Below are positions 46,441 to 55,258 of a stretch of 64,000 nucleotides of DNA, piece after piece (position 1 is the stretch's first letter; each line of letters opens with the position of its first letter). This DNA is from Polyangiaceae bacterium (GTDB taxonomy: Bacteria > Myxococcota_A > Polyangia > Polyangiales > Polyangiaceae). The notes under the pieces were generated by a model. It ran no database searches, had not been told where the DNA came from, and saw only the letters and a program-made list of their open reading frames with translations. Position numbers and translations under genes: made by a program. The stretch is from positions 128,001 to 192,000 of the forward strand of contig JBILLK010000001.1 of assembly GCA_044376115.1 (NCBI GenBank), given 5' to 3'.

Positions 46441-48424
46441 CCCCCTCCTCTCGCTCACCCCTCCCTTCGACTTCACTAGGATCAACGCCGGCAGCGTTGT
46501 GCCCGCGATTACAGCGCTGACAGCGTCGGCTCGCGAGGCGGTCAACCAGATAGCCAATCAACAGGCCGAACTTAGCTACGAGTCGACGCTTGGGACTCTC
46601 GAAGCAGCGACCTACCCGCTGGAGAAGGCGGCGATGGTCTGCGAGCACCTGGAGGGCGCCGCGAACTCGCCCGAGTTGAGGGAGGCGTGGGGCATCGCGC
46701 AACCCATGGTGAGCGCGTTCTGGTCGGAGCTGCCTCTTCACGAAGGGCTCTTTCAGGTGCTCTCGCGCTTCTCCACGAGCAGCGCCGCCAAAGAGCTAAC
46801 GCCGGTGCGGCTGCGCCACCTCGAGAAGACGCTCGATGAGTTTCGCCGCCACGGTGCAGAGCTCTCGCCAGAAGGAAAGAAGAACCTCACCGAGATCGAC
46901 GTAGAGCTGTCCCGCCTTACTACCAAGTTCTCTCAGAACGTCCTGGACGCAACCAACGCCTTCGAGTTGACGATCGAGGATGAGGCTCGGCTCGCTGGGC
47001 TACCGCCGCTCGCAAAACAAGCTGCACGAGCAAGCGCAGAGGCCAAAGGTCTCGCGGGGTATCGCTTTACGCTTCATGCTCCGAGCTTGATCCCGGCGCT
47101 GACGTACTTGGAGGACCGCGAGCTGCGAGAGACGCTCTACCGCGCCCACAATGAGCGGGCGGCCTCAGGCGAGTTCGACAACCGCGCCCTCATCCGGCAG
47201 ATCCTTGGACTGCGGAAACAGCGCGCAGTCTTGTTGGGTTTCGAGACCTTTGCTGATCTCGTGACGCAGGATCGCATGGCGAAGTCGAGCAGCCGGGCTC
47301 GCGCCTTCGTCGAACGATTGCGCGAGCAGACGAGAGCGTCCTTCGCTGAAGACAAGGCGGCTCTGAGCCAATTCGCGGGCTTCCCGCTCATGCCCTGGGA
47401 TGTGGCCTTCCAATCGGAGCGGCTTCGGAGGGAGCGCTTTGACTTTGATGAGGAGCAACTGCGGCCCTACCTCCCGCTCGAAACGGTTCTGTCAGGCGCC
47501 TTCGCAACCTTCGAGCGGCTCTACGGAGTCACCTTCGAGCCTGCAGAGCTACCGACCTGGGATAGCTCAGTGCGCCCCTTCCTCCTGAAGGACGGCTCAG
47601 AACTACTTGCTCACGTGTATGTAGACCTTTTCCCTCGCGAGAACAAAACGCAAGGCGCGTGGATGGCGCCGCTGCAAACGGGGGTCGAGGGTCAGCCTCA
47701 CGTCGCGGTCGTGGCAGCGAACTTCACCCCACCCGTCGGCAACACGGCAGCATTGCTCACCCATCGTGAGGTCGAAACGCTGTTCCACGAGCTCGGCCAC
47801 TTGATGCATCAGTGTTTGAGTAAGGTGCCCGTGCGAAGGCTCGCAGGCACGAATGTCGCGTGGGACTTTGTCGAGTTGCCCAGCCAGATCATGGAGAACT
47901 GGACATGGGAGCGCGCAGCGATCGATCTGTTCGCGCGGCATCACCAGACGGGTGCTGCGATTCCAGACGAGCTGTTTGACAAGATGATGCGCGCGCGCAC
48001 CTACCGGGCAGCGAGCTTGCAGATGCAACAGCTCGGCTATGCAGAACTCGATCTGCAGCTCCACACCAGCTTCGATCCCGAGTCGAGTGAGGATCCAGTC
48101 GAGCGAGCACGCAGTATTCTCGCGGAGCATGTGACCGCGCCGTTACCACTCAGCTTCGCCATGGTTGCCTCTTTCGGGCATTTGTTCGGAAGCGCGGTTG
48201 GCTATGCAGGCGGCTACTACTCGTACAAATGGGCTGAAGTTCTGGACGCAGACGCGTTCGACCGGTTCAAGAGCGAAGGCCTCTTTAGTCGCGAGGTTGG
48301 GAAAGCGTTTCGCGATTGCTTGCTAAGCCAAGGAGACGCTTCAGATCCTGAGGTCCTCTTCCGCAGTTTCCGTGGCCGCGACCCCGAGATGAAGCCGTTG
48401 CTCACGCGACTAGGGCTCGCCTGA
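46418..48424 (+). CDS. prlC: M3 family oligopeptidase A
   Basis: NPLL N-terminus; TLFHELGH, WDFVELPSQIMENW, GYYSYKWAEVLDADAF, FRGRDP. Confidence 0.92.
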   Translation: MDTSLQGNPLLSLTPPFDFTRINAGSVVPAITALTASAREAVNQIANQQAELSYESTLGTLEAATYPLEKAAMVCEHLEGAANSPELREAWGIAQPMVSAFWSELPLHEGLFQVLSRFSTSSAAKELTPVRLRHLEKTLDEFRRHGAELSPEGKKNLTEIDVELSRLTTKFSQNVLDATNAFELTIEDEARLAGLPPLAKQAARASAEAKGLAGYRFTLHAPSLIPALTYLEDRELRETLYRAHNERAASGEFDNRALIRQILGLRKQRAVLLGFETFADLVTQDRMAKSSSRARAFVERLREQTRASFAEDKAALSQFAGFPLMPWDVAFQSERLRRERFDFDEEQLRPYLPLETVLSGAFATFERLYGVTFEPAELPTWDSSVRPFLLKDGSELLAHVYVDLFPRENKTQGAWMAPLQTGVEGQPHVAVVAANFTPPVGNTAALLTHREVETLFHELGHLMHQCLSKVPVRRLAGTNVAWDFVELPSQIMENWTWERAAIDLFARHHQTGAAIPDELFDKMMRARTYRAASLQMQQLGYAELDLQLHTSFDPESSEDPVERARSILAEHVTAPLPLSFAMVASFGHLFGSAVGYAGGYYSYKWAEVLDADAFDRFKSEGLFSREVGKAFRDCLLSQGDASDPEVLFRSFRGRDPEMKPLLTRLGLA

Positions 48425-48505
48425 GTCTGGCAACTGCAACTGGACTGACTGCGACTGGTGGCTGATAGACTCCGCGCTCTTTCGAGCAAGGAATGCGAGG
48501 ACGAT

Positions 48506-49102
48506 ATGATGACAATCGGCAATGCTGTTTCGTGGATGCGTTCGGAGATGAGTCAAGCGGAGACGGCCAAAGCGGAAGCCGCACAACCGATCGACGACGC
48601 ACAGTCGAAGGAGATCTTCCAAGCGGCGCAGAGCTCGATCGACGCGTCCATGAAGGAGGTATCCGAGCGGCTTGCCGACGTAGCGGCGAAGGAACGCTCT
48701 GAGGCCAACGCGCGTAAGCAGGCCATCTTCGACACGATCTACCTAATTGCAGCGGCAGATGGGTCGATCACCGCGCTCGAGCGAGCCAAGCTCGTGCTCG
48801 GGATCCAAGGGTTGCTTGGAGACGGCGCCGATGAGGCCACGATTGACGATGGGCTGTCGATGGCTCGGGTGTTGCGCGACGAGAAGGGGCTCGCAGGAGC
48901 CGCCGCACACGTTGCTTCGGTCATCAGCGAAGAGTTCGAGCGCTATGCGCTACTCTCCATTGGGTCGACGGTCGCGTGGCTTGGCGGCGGAGTCGGTGCC
49001 AAGGAGGGCGCTGCACTGCAGGCTGTCAGCGGAGCTTTTGGCGTCCCGATCAAGGTGCTTCATCAGATCATGGCGAGCGCCGCTGCTGTAGCCAAGCGCT
49101 AG
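48506..49102 (+). CDS. TerB-like (tellurite-resistance fold) protein
   Basis: IAAADGSITALE and a second degenerate repeat WLGGGVGAKE; all-helical; start uncertain. Confidence 0.65.
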   Translation: MMTIGNAVSWMRSEMSQAETAKAEAAQPIDDAQSKEIFQAAQSSIDASMKEVSERLADVAAKERSEANARKQAIFDTIYLIAAADGSITALERAKLVLGIQGLLGDGADEATIDDGLSMARVLRDEKGLAGAAAHVASVISEEFERYALLSIGSTVAWLGGGVGAKEGAALQAVSGAFGVPIKVLHQIMASAAAVAKR

Positions 49103-49152
49103 ATCAGCGAGGGCTTGTCGTCATGCACGGCAGGCCCACTCTCCTTGCTGGC

Positions 49153-50298
49153 CTACTTCTTCTTGGGCTTGGCTTTGGACGCTGTCTTCTTCTTTTTCGA
49201 GCTGGCCGATGACGCGGGGGGAGCGACGAGGGCCGACTTGGTCGACTCTGCGTTCTTCTTTGCGGGCTCCACCTTCTTTGCCGCCTGTCCTTTGGGGCCA
49301 TTCCAGCGCTTCTTGAGGAACGACTTCACGACGTCGCGCATCAACCCAATGTGCGCGCAGTGGTCCATCTTGTCGTTTCCGTCAAAGCCACGCGCATGGA
49401 AGTTTCCAGCGTCGAACTTGGAGTTCAGCTCGAGCCCCATCGGGTCTCCCTTGCGAGGCTTCTGTGCTTTGGGACGGCCGCCCAACTCGTGAATGAGGTA
49501 GTTCACTGTCTCGGTCGTGCTGGCGTAGTCGGGCGGAATGATCGACGAGTGCGAGACATACATGAAGCGCTTGCCGGCCTTCGCTCGCTTGGCAAATGCG
49601 ATGAAAGGCCCGAGGCTGAGTTCGTCGAGCGTGCCATCAGGGTTGTAGCTCGCGTGCAGGCCGTCGAGCAGAATGACCGAGTCCGCGAGGTCCTTGCCGT
49701 AGTCGGAGCGCAAGATCGATTTGACGGCGCCGTACCCAGCGCTCCACGCGGACAAGCCGACCTTGCGAACCTTCGCGCTCTTGAGCCCGCGAACTTTGGC
49801 GACCTCGGCCTCGACGCTAGCCACAAGCTCCTTGAAGACCTTCGGGTCAGCGAACGTCTGCTCGTAGACGCCTGAGCCGATGCCCAAAGTGATGCCAACG
49901 AGAACGGCACCGTCTGCGACTTGCACCCATTCCCGACGCATCGGGTCGTGCCCATGAAAATGGAACACCACGTCGAACTTGCCGTCTTTGGTCACGCCAC
50001 CGCGACCCGGCATCACCATCTGACCGATCGAAGGTCCGCGGTTCCAGCCCTGATAGATGCCAGGCGACGGCTCTTTGGTGTTGCAGGGGTTCACCCCGCC
50101 ACGCTCATCAACCGTCTTTTGGGTCTGCGTCTTCTCGGATGGTTTTGCCGGGACAAAAGCTTTCTTCTCGTCGGCATGCGAAAGAGTGGGGCGAGCTGTT
50201 GCCACAAGCAGCAACGCCAACGCGCTAACGATTGCAACGAACACACGACGTGCGTTCCACATCGTTTCGGCTGTTGCGCGAGTCATGGCCGGGCTCAT
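49153..50298 (-). CDS. Secreted alpha/beta-hydrolase-like protein with Lys-rich tail
   Basis: Signal peptide; VFHFHG, LSAWSAGY (nucleophile-elbow-like), ILLDGLH and DHC. Confidence 0.6.
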   Translation of the reverse strand: MSPAMTRATAETMWNARRVFVAIVSALALLLVATARPTLSHADEKKAFVPAKPSEKTQTQKTVDERGGVNPCNTKEPSPGIYQGWNRGPSIGQMVMPGRGGVTKDGKFDVVFHFHGHDPMRREWVQVADGAVLVGITLGIGSGVYEQTFADPKVFKELVASVEAEVAKVRGLKSAKVRKVGLSAWSAGYGAVKSILRSDYGKDLADSVILLDGLHASYNPDGTLDELSLGPFIAFAKRAKAGKRFMYVSHSSIIPPDYASTTETVNYLIHELGGRPKAQKPRKGDPMGLELNSKFDAGNFHARGFDGNDKMDHCAHIGLMRDVVKSFLKKRWNGPKGQAAKKVEPAKKNAESTKSALVAPPASSASSKKKKTASKAKPKKK

Positions 50299-50397
50299 CC
50301 TGCGTGCACCAAGGTCAACGCATTCCCGTTACTGCGAAATCAGCCGGATAGCAAAACACCGGTCTTGGACGGTCTCCGCCCGAATTCCATGCAACCC

Positions 50398-51090
50398 TCA
50401 CACGAACTCAAGGTCGAACCCTCGCTCCGAGAGCGATGCGTAGGCTGCACGGTCGAAGCGGAACAACTGGGCAGGTCGGCGACCAACGTTTTGTTCATGC
50501 TCATCGGTCGGGAGCAGGAGGCCGGTCGCCGTGATTCGCTTCCTAAAGTTTCGCTTGTCGAGTTGGCGGCCGAGGATCGCCTCGTACATGCGTTGCAACT
50601 GCGTAAGACTGAAGGCGGCTGGCAATAGGTCGAAGCCCACCGGGTGTCGCCGCAGTTTGGTGCGTAGCCGAAGTGAAGCCTCCTGAACGATGACGGTGTG
50701 ATCGAACGCCAAGTCGGGAAGGGCATCCGCTGCGAACCAGTCGGCGCGGACAGCGTCGGTGGCTGGTCGAAGTGCGTAGCCCGCAGGGTTCACAAGCGCG
50801 AAATAGGCCACTGAAACCACCCGCTCGCGAGGGTCCCGGTCCAGGGCGCCGAAGGTGTGGAATTGTTCCAGATACGAGATCGTAACGCCCGCTTCTTCCC
50901 GCAATTCACGGCGCGCGGCAGCGTCAAGTGTCTCGTCGATCCGAACGAAGCCGCCAGGCAATGCCCAGCGTCCACGATAGGGCTCGAGCGCACGCTCGAT
51001 GCACAGCACCTTCAAGACGCTGTTGATGAGGCCGAAAACCACGCAATCGACGGCAATCGCAGGGCGCGCGAACTCGTAGGTGAGTGCCAT
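50398..51090 (-). CDS. NrtR-family regulator (Nudix + winged HTH)
   Basis: AVDCVVF; WALPGGF...E...RELREEAG Nudix box; RDPRERVVSVAY; LAFDH; wHTH FSLTQLQRMYEAILGRQLDKRNFRK. Confidence 0.88.
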   Translation of the reverse strand: MALTYEFARPAIAVDCVVFGLINSVLKVLCIERALEPYRGRWALPGGFVRIDETLDAAARRELREEAGVTISYLEQFHTFGALDRDPRERVVSVAYFALVNPAGYALRPATDAVRADWFAADALPDLAFDHTVIVQEASLRLRTKLRRHPVGFDLLPAAFSLTQLQRMYEAILGRQLDKRNFRKRITATGLLLPTDEHEQNVGRRPAQLFRFDRAAYASLSERGFDLEFV

Positions 51091-51138
51091 CGTCTTGAGC
51101 GCAGAAAACGCGCGGATAATGTACTACATTCCGGGCCG

Positions 51139-52032
51139 ATGGACCTCTACTTCATGTCGCCCCCTCCGAGGGATTGGGAGCTTCGCGGCCGAGCCAACTT
51201 CCGCAGCCGTAAAGCCGCTGACGTTGATCCCCTGCGCGCTCGCCGCGAATGGCTGACCTTGGCCGAAGGGATCGAGGCGCTGGGCGGGACCGTCGTCGTG
51301 CTGCCCCCGGTGCAAGGGCTCTCGGGATTGCCGTATGCCGCTGAGGCTGGCCACCCACTGCCTGCAACTCGCCCCGGTGGACGACCGCGCTTCCTGCTAC
51401 CCAAGATGAAGCCGCAACATCGCGTGGCGGAGCGCACCGTCTGGGGACCGTTCATGGAGCGCCTCGGTTTTGAGGTGATCGATGAGCCAGGGGAGTTCGT
51501 CTGGGAGGGCCAGGGCGATGTGGCGTGGTTCGACCGAGCGACGCTGCTCTTTCACGGTGGACGCACCGATGCGCAGGCCGTGAACACAATGCGCAAACAC
51601 TTCGATGGGGAGCTGCTCGAGCTCTCCGTTCGAGAGCCGGCTTTTCACGGCAACATGGCGCTCCTCCCGTTGGAGCGTTCGCGCTCGATGTTGGTTTGCG
51701 CCGACGTCATGCACGAGGACTCATTGGCGCTGCTCGAGGCTCGCGTTGGACGTGACTGCCTCCACTTTGTCTCGGAGGAGGAGATTCAACTTTATGCAAC
51801 CAACGGGCTTCCCGTCGGAGACACGGTGCTTTGCCCCTCGGTGCTGCCACAGCGTGTCCGCAAACTGATTGAGCGCGAGGGGTATACCGTTGCAGAACTC
51901 GGTATGCCCGAGCTGTGCGAGAAGGCTGGCGGCGCATCACGCTGCTTAGTCTGTGTGTTTAGGGACGCGCCTGACCTCGAGATCCCATCGGAGAATCTCT
52001 TGGCAGCTCATCGGGACGATTTGCTGGGCTGA
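51139..52032 (+). CDS. Amidinotransferase / arginine-deiminase / DDAH (pentein) superfamily enzyme
   Basis: FMSPP, WEGQGD, GRT, FHGN, YATN and KAGGASRC (catalytic Cys). Confidence 0.82.
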   Translation: MDLYFMSPPPRDWELRGRANFRSRKAADVDPLRARREWLTLAEGIEALGGTVVVLPPVQGLSGLPYAAEAGHPLPATRPGGRPRFLLPKMKPQHRVAERTVWGPFMERLGFEVIDEPGEFVWEGQGDVAWFDRATLLFHGGRTDAQAVNTMRKHFDGELLELSVREPAFHGNMALLPLERSRSMLVCADVMHEDSLALLEARVGRDCLHFVSEEEIQLYATNGLPVGDTVLCPSVLPQRVRKLIEREGYTVAELGMPELCEKAGGASRCLVCVFRDAPDLEIPSENLLAAHRDDLLG

Positions 52033-52054
52033 ACGCGTCGTCTCGAACGACCGA

Positions 52055-52087
52055 AAGGGCACGCGTCTTTGAACGACACGTGCCCTT
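52055..52087. terminator. Hairpin between convergent genes
   Basis: aagggcacgcgtc-tttgaac-gacacgtgccctt (one mismatch). Confidence 0.6.
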
Positions 52088-52091
52088 GGCT

Positions 52092-53105
52092 TCACCACCA
52101 GAAGGTCGCGCCTGCTCGCATCAGGCCAGCACCTGACGTGTCCGTAGTCTCACCCGTCTCTGGGTTGTAAAACTCGGGACGGTTATCGTCGTTGACCTCG
52201 CGGCGCACCACCGCGAGAGCGTCTGCAAACAGGCCGAAGTGACGAGCGAGTCGGAACTCGAGACCAAGGCCGGCCTGGAAGCCGACGTAGTCATAGGTTT
52301 CGCTCCCGTTGAAACCGGCATCGAAGTAGATTTCTCGGTCAACACCTGCATGCGCCGCGTGCACACCACCAATTCCGTAGACCTGAATGCGATGCTGCGG
52401 ATTGAAGTACACAAGGCCCGATAGCGAGCCGGCGATTTCGAGTCGGCTGTTGCCATTGTAGTCAGTGCCGCCGACGACGTCGGTGCCGACGTCAAACGCG
52501 AAGTACGGGGAAGGGCGCCAGCGGAAGCTCGCCCCAAGACCGCCAAGACCTCCCGCGTCGCTGTAGACCGACTGAGGAATGAACGCAGCGCCCTCGACGC
52601 GAAGGTTGAGACCAAAGGTCTCACGCCAGCGGCGTGCGCGCTTCTTCCGCTGGGGACGCTCGTTCTCTACGTCCTCTTCGTCAGCCTCGTCGATCTCTTC
52701 TTCAACAGCCTCAGCCCGCTGCTTCTTGACCTTCTTCTTGGTCTTCTTCGTCTTCTGCTTGACGATGACGACCGTGTCGCCCTCGCCCTCGACCTCAACG
52801 GTTTTGGCGCTCTTCTTTACCTTCTTCGCCTTGGACTTCTTCGACTTCTTCTTTGGAGCCTCATCTTGAGTTTGTGCGAGCTCCTCTTCCTCAGGCTCCG
52901 AAGAAAGGGCGTGCTTGCTCGAAGGCGAGACGTCTGGGTCGGTAGCTGTCTCTTCCGACTCATCGGAGCCGTTAACGGTCACCTCGACTTCCGGAGTCGG
53001 CACTTCTTCGCAGAACCAAGACCCAGGAGGGCATCGGTCGTCTGCGAGTGCGTCGGTGGCCAACAGCAGAGGTGCAAAACTGACAGCGAAAATCCAGCGG
53101 GGCAT
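52092..53105 (-). CDS. Outer-membrane beta-barrel protein with highly charged N-terminal extension
   Basis: Signal peptide; CPPGSWFC; Lys- and Glu-rich blocks; alternating amphipathic strands ending in aromatic GATFWW. Confidence 0.72.
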   Translation of the reverse strand: MPRWIFAVSFAPLLLATDALADDRCPPGSWFCEEVPTPEVEVTVNGSDESEETATDPDVSPSSKHALSSEPEEEELAQTQDEAPKKKSKKSKAKKVKKSAKTVEVEGEGDTVVIVKQKTKKTKKKVKKQRAEAVEEEIDEADEEDVENERPQRKKRARRWRETFGLNLRVEGAAFIPQSVYSDAGGLGGLGASFRWRPSPYFAFDVGTDVVGGTDYNGNSRLEIAGSLSGLVYFNPQHRIQVYGIGGVHAAHAGVDREIYFDAGFNGSETYDYVGFQAGLGLEFRLARHFGLFADALAVVRREVNDDNRPEFYNPETGETTDTSGAGLMRAGATFWW

Positions 53106-53137
53106 GGGGAGGCTCCTTCGGGCGGCGATACAAGCGT

Positions 53138-53154
53138 AGCAACCGAGGTGCCAG
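53138..53154 (-). promoter_or_regulatory. Sigma-54 promoter for the beta-barrel gene
   Basis: Minus strand reads CTGGCACCTCGGTTGCT, a perfect TGGCAC-N5-TTGCW, 33 bp before the ATG. Confidence 0.8.
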
Positions 53155-53236
53155 TGCGCACCCGCTGTGAACACACACGATCTCAGGCGAATCGAACCAA
53201 GCTGGACGAGTGTGTGAGCTATTGTTCACACCCACC

Positions 53237-54427
53237 ATGGCGCAGGTTGTTCTCAAGCCCGGGCACGTGAGGCCCATTCACGCTGGCCACCCTTGGGTTT
53301 ACCGCCAAGCTGTGGCTGAACTCTCGGGTGGGCCGAAGCCTGGAGCGGAGGTCACGGTCACCGACCCGCAAGGCAAGTTCCTTGGGCGTGGGTTCTATAG
53401 CGAATCGAAGGCGCTCGCCGTTCGCATGTGCACGCGTTCAGATATCGCGTTGGGCGCCGACTTCTTCGTCGAAAGGCTTCGGCGCGCGCAAGCCCTGCGT
53501 CTGCGCCTTGGTTTGCCAAACCAAAACACCACCGGCTACCGACTCGTCCATGGCGAGGCAGACGGCCTCCCGGGGCTGATCGTTGACGTCTTTGGCAGCG
53601 TGGCGTCGGTTCAGTTCAACACCCAAGGCATGAAACTTCGCGAGGGCCTCGTGTTTGCCGCGTTGAACGAGGTGCTCGCGCCAAGCGCCATCCTCGACCG
53701 CACCTCCCCCGCAGCGACGCGTTTCGAAGGGGTGCCGGCGGGCGAAGGGCTCGTGCGCGGTGATCCCAACGTTACAGCGCTCCAGTTCAAGGAGCGTGGC
53801 TTCGACTTCGAGCTACCACTCACACTCTCCCAAAAGACCGGCTTCTACTTTGACCAACGCGACCTTCGTGCACGAGTCGAACAGCTGTGCCGCGGTGCTC
53901 GCGTGCTCGACGTATTCTCCTTCGTTGGCGCGTTCGGGCTCGCGGCTGCTCGCGGTGGAGCGAGCGAGGTCATGTGCGTCGATCAGAGCCCGTTGGTGGT
54001 GGAGATCGCTGCGATGGTTGCGCGCCAAAACGGGCTCGCTGAGCGGATCACGGCGGTGCGCGACGAGGCAGAGCTGGCGCTTCAGAAGGCCTCTCGAAAG
54101 GGGGGCTACGATGTCGTGCTTTGCGATCCGCCGAAGCTCGCACCGACGCGCGCAAGCGCCGGCGCCGCGCTCAAACACTATCGGAACCTCGCGCGCGCGG
54201 CCTGCCTTGCTACCCGCCCTGGCGGCCTGCTCGTGTTCTCCAGCTGCTCCGGCGCCGTGTCTGCCAGCGACCTCCACCGAGCAATCGCACAGGGCGCGCG
54301 CGATTCGAACCTCGACGTTACGTTGCTCGAACAGCACGTTCAGGCGGGAGATCACCCTGTTCCAGCGGCCTTCCCCGAAGGCCTCTATCTGAAGAGCGTG
54401 ATCGCTAGAGTTGATCCGATCGGCTGA
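53237..54427 (+). CDS. rlmI: RlmI-like 23S rRNA m5C methyltransferase (PUA + SAM domains)
   Basis: GHPWVY, RLVHGEADGLPGLIVD, QKTGFYFDQR, VLDVFSFVG, DPP, FSSCS, DHP, YLK. Confidence 0.88.
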   Translation: MAQVVLKPGHVRPIHAGHPWVYRQAVAELSGGPKPGAEVTVTDPQGKFLGRGFYSESKALAVRMCTRSDIALGADFFVERLRRAQALRLRLGLPNQNTTGYRLVHGEADGLPGLIVDVFGSVASVQFNTQGMKLREGLVFAALNEVLAPSAILDRTSPAATRFEGVPAGEGLVRGDPNVTALQFKERGFDFELPLTLSQKTGFYFDQRDLRARVEQLCRGARVLDVFSFVGAFGLAAARGGASEVMCVDQSPLVVEIAAMVARQNGLAERITAVRDEAELALQKASRKGGYDVVLCDPPKLAPTRASAGAALKHYRNLARAACLATRPGGLLVFSSCSGAVSASDLHRAIAQGARDSNLDVTLLEQHVQAGDHPVPAAFPEGLYLKSVIARVDPIG

Positions 54428-55212
54428 TGAGACCGCTTTCCGCACTTACCGCCGAAGAGGCGCGGCGCATCGACAAGCTCGCGTTTGACCTCGATGACAC
54501 GTTGCTTTCGAACGGAAAGCTCGAGGAGTGCGCCTATTCGGCGTTATTTCGCCTTCAAAGCGCTGGCTTCACCTTGATTGCGTCCACCGGCCGCCCTGCA
54601 AGCTTCGCTGAGGTTGCGGTGAGGCAGTGGCCCATTCAAGCCGCCATCGCCGAGAACGGTGGTGTGGCCTACCACTGCCTGGAGGGCCCGCTGACAAAGC
54701 TCGATACCTGTCCCTCGGATACGCGCCGCGATCGACGTGCGCGACTCCAAGCGTTCACCGAGAGCTTGTGCGCTGAGTTCCCTGAGCTTCACCTGGCCGA
54801 CGACAATCATGGTCGCATCACTGACGTTGCCTTCGACATCGGCGAGCGGCACCGCGTCGCTGCTGAGGTCGTCGAGAGCGCGCGGCAGCTTGCTCGAACC
54901 AACGGCTTCCGTACCTTCTGCTCCAACATTCACATGCACTTGACGTTGGATGCGTTCGACAAGGCGACGGGCTTCGCTGCGTTGATGAGCAACCTAAATC
55001 TGGACCCCGTGCGCGAGCTGCGTCGTGCAGCATTCCTTGGCGACAGCGGCAACGATGGGCCAGCTTTCGCCGCATTTGGGCTGACGATCGGCGTGGCGAA
55101 CGTACGCAAACACTTGGCAAAGCTCACCGTGGCTCCAGGCTTCGTCGCGAGCTCGCACATGGGTCGAGGTTTTGCCGAGATCGCCGAGCGGCTAGTGGAG
55201 CTGCGCGCGTAG
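54427..55212 (+). CDS. HAD superfamily IIB hydrolase
   Basis: FDLDDTL, STGR, AENG, DKA, GDSGND, GVAN. Confidence 0.9.
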   Translation: MRPLSALTAEEARRIDKLAFDLDDTLLSNGKLEECAYSALFRLQSAGFTLIASTGRPASFAEVAVRQWPIQAAIAENGGVAYHCLEGPLTKLDTCPSDTRRDRRARLQAFTESLCAEFPELHLADDNHGRITDVAFDIGERHRVAAEVVESARQLARTNGFRTFCSNIHMHLTLDAFDKATGFAALMSNLNLDPVRELRRAAFLGDSGNDGPAFAAFGLTIGVANVRKHLAKLTVAPGFVASSHMGRGFAEIAERLVELRA

Positions 55213-55258
55213 GCGGTTTTAGATTCCGGTCAGCTAGCGCGGGGGCTATGACAGCGTC

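Noticed and set aside
48506..49102. TerB-like gene as part of a ter or anti-phage island
   Set aside because: It is solitary, with no other ter or defence genes around it.
51094..51116. Possible NrtR operator (ttgagcgcagaaaacgcgc)
   Set aside because: Too degenerate relative to GT-N7-AC palindromes to call.
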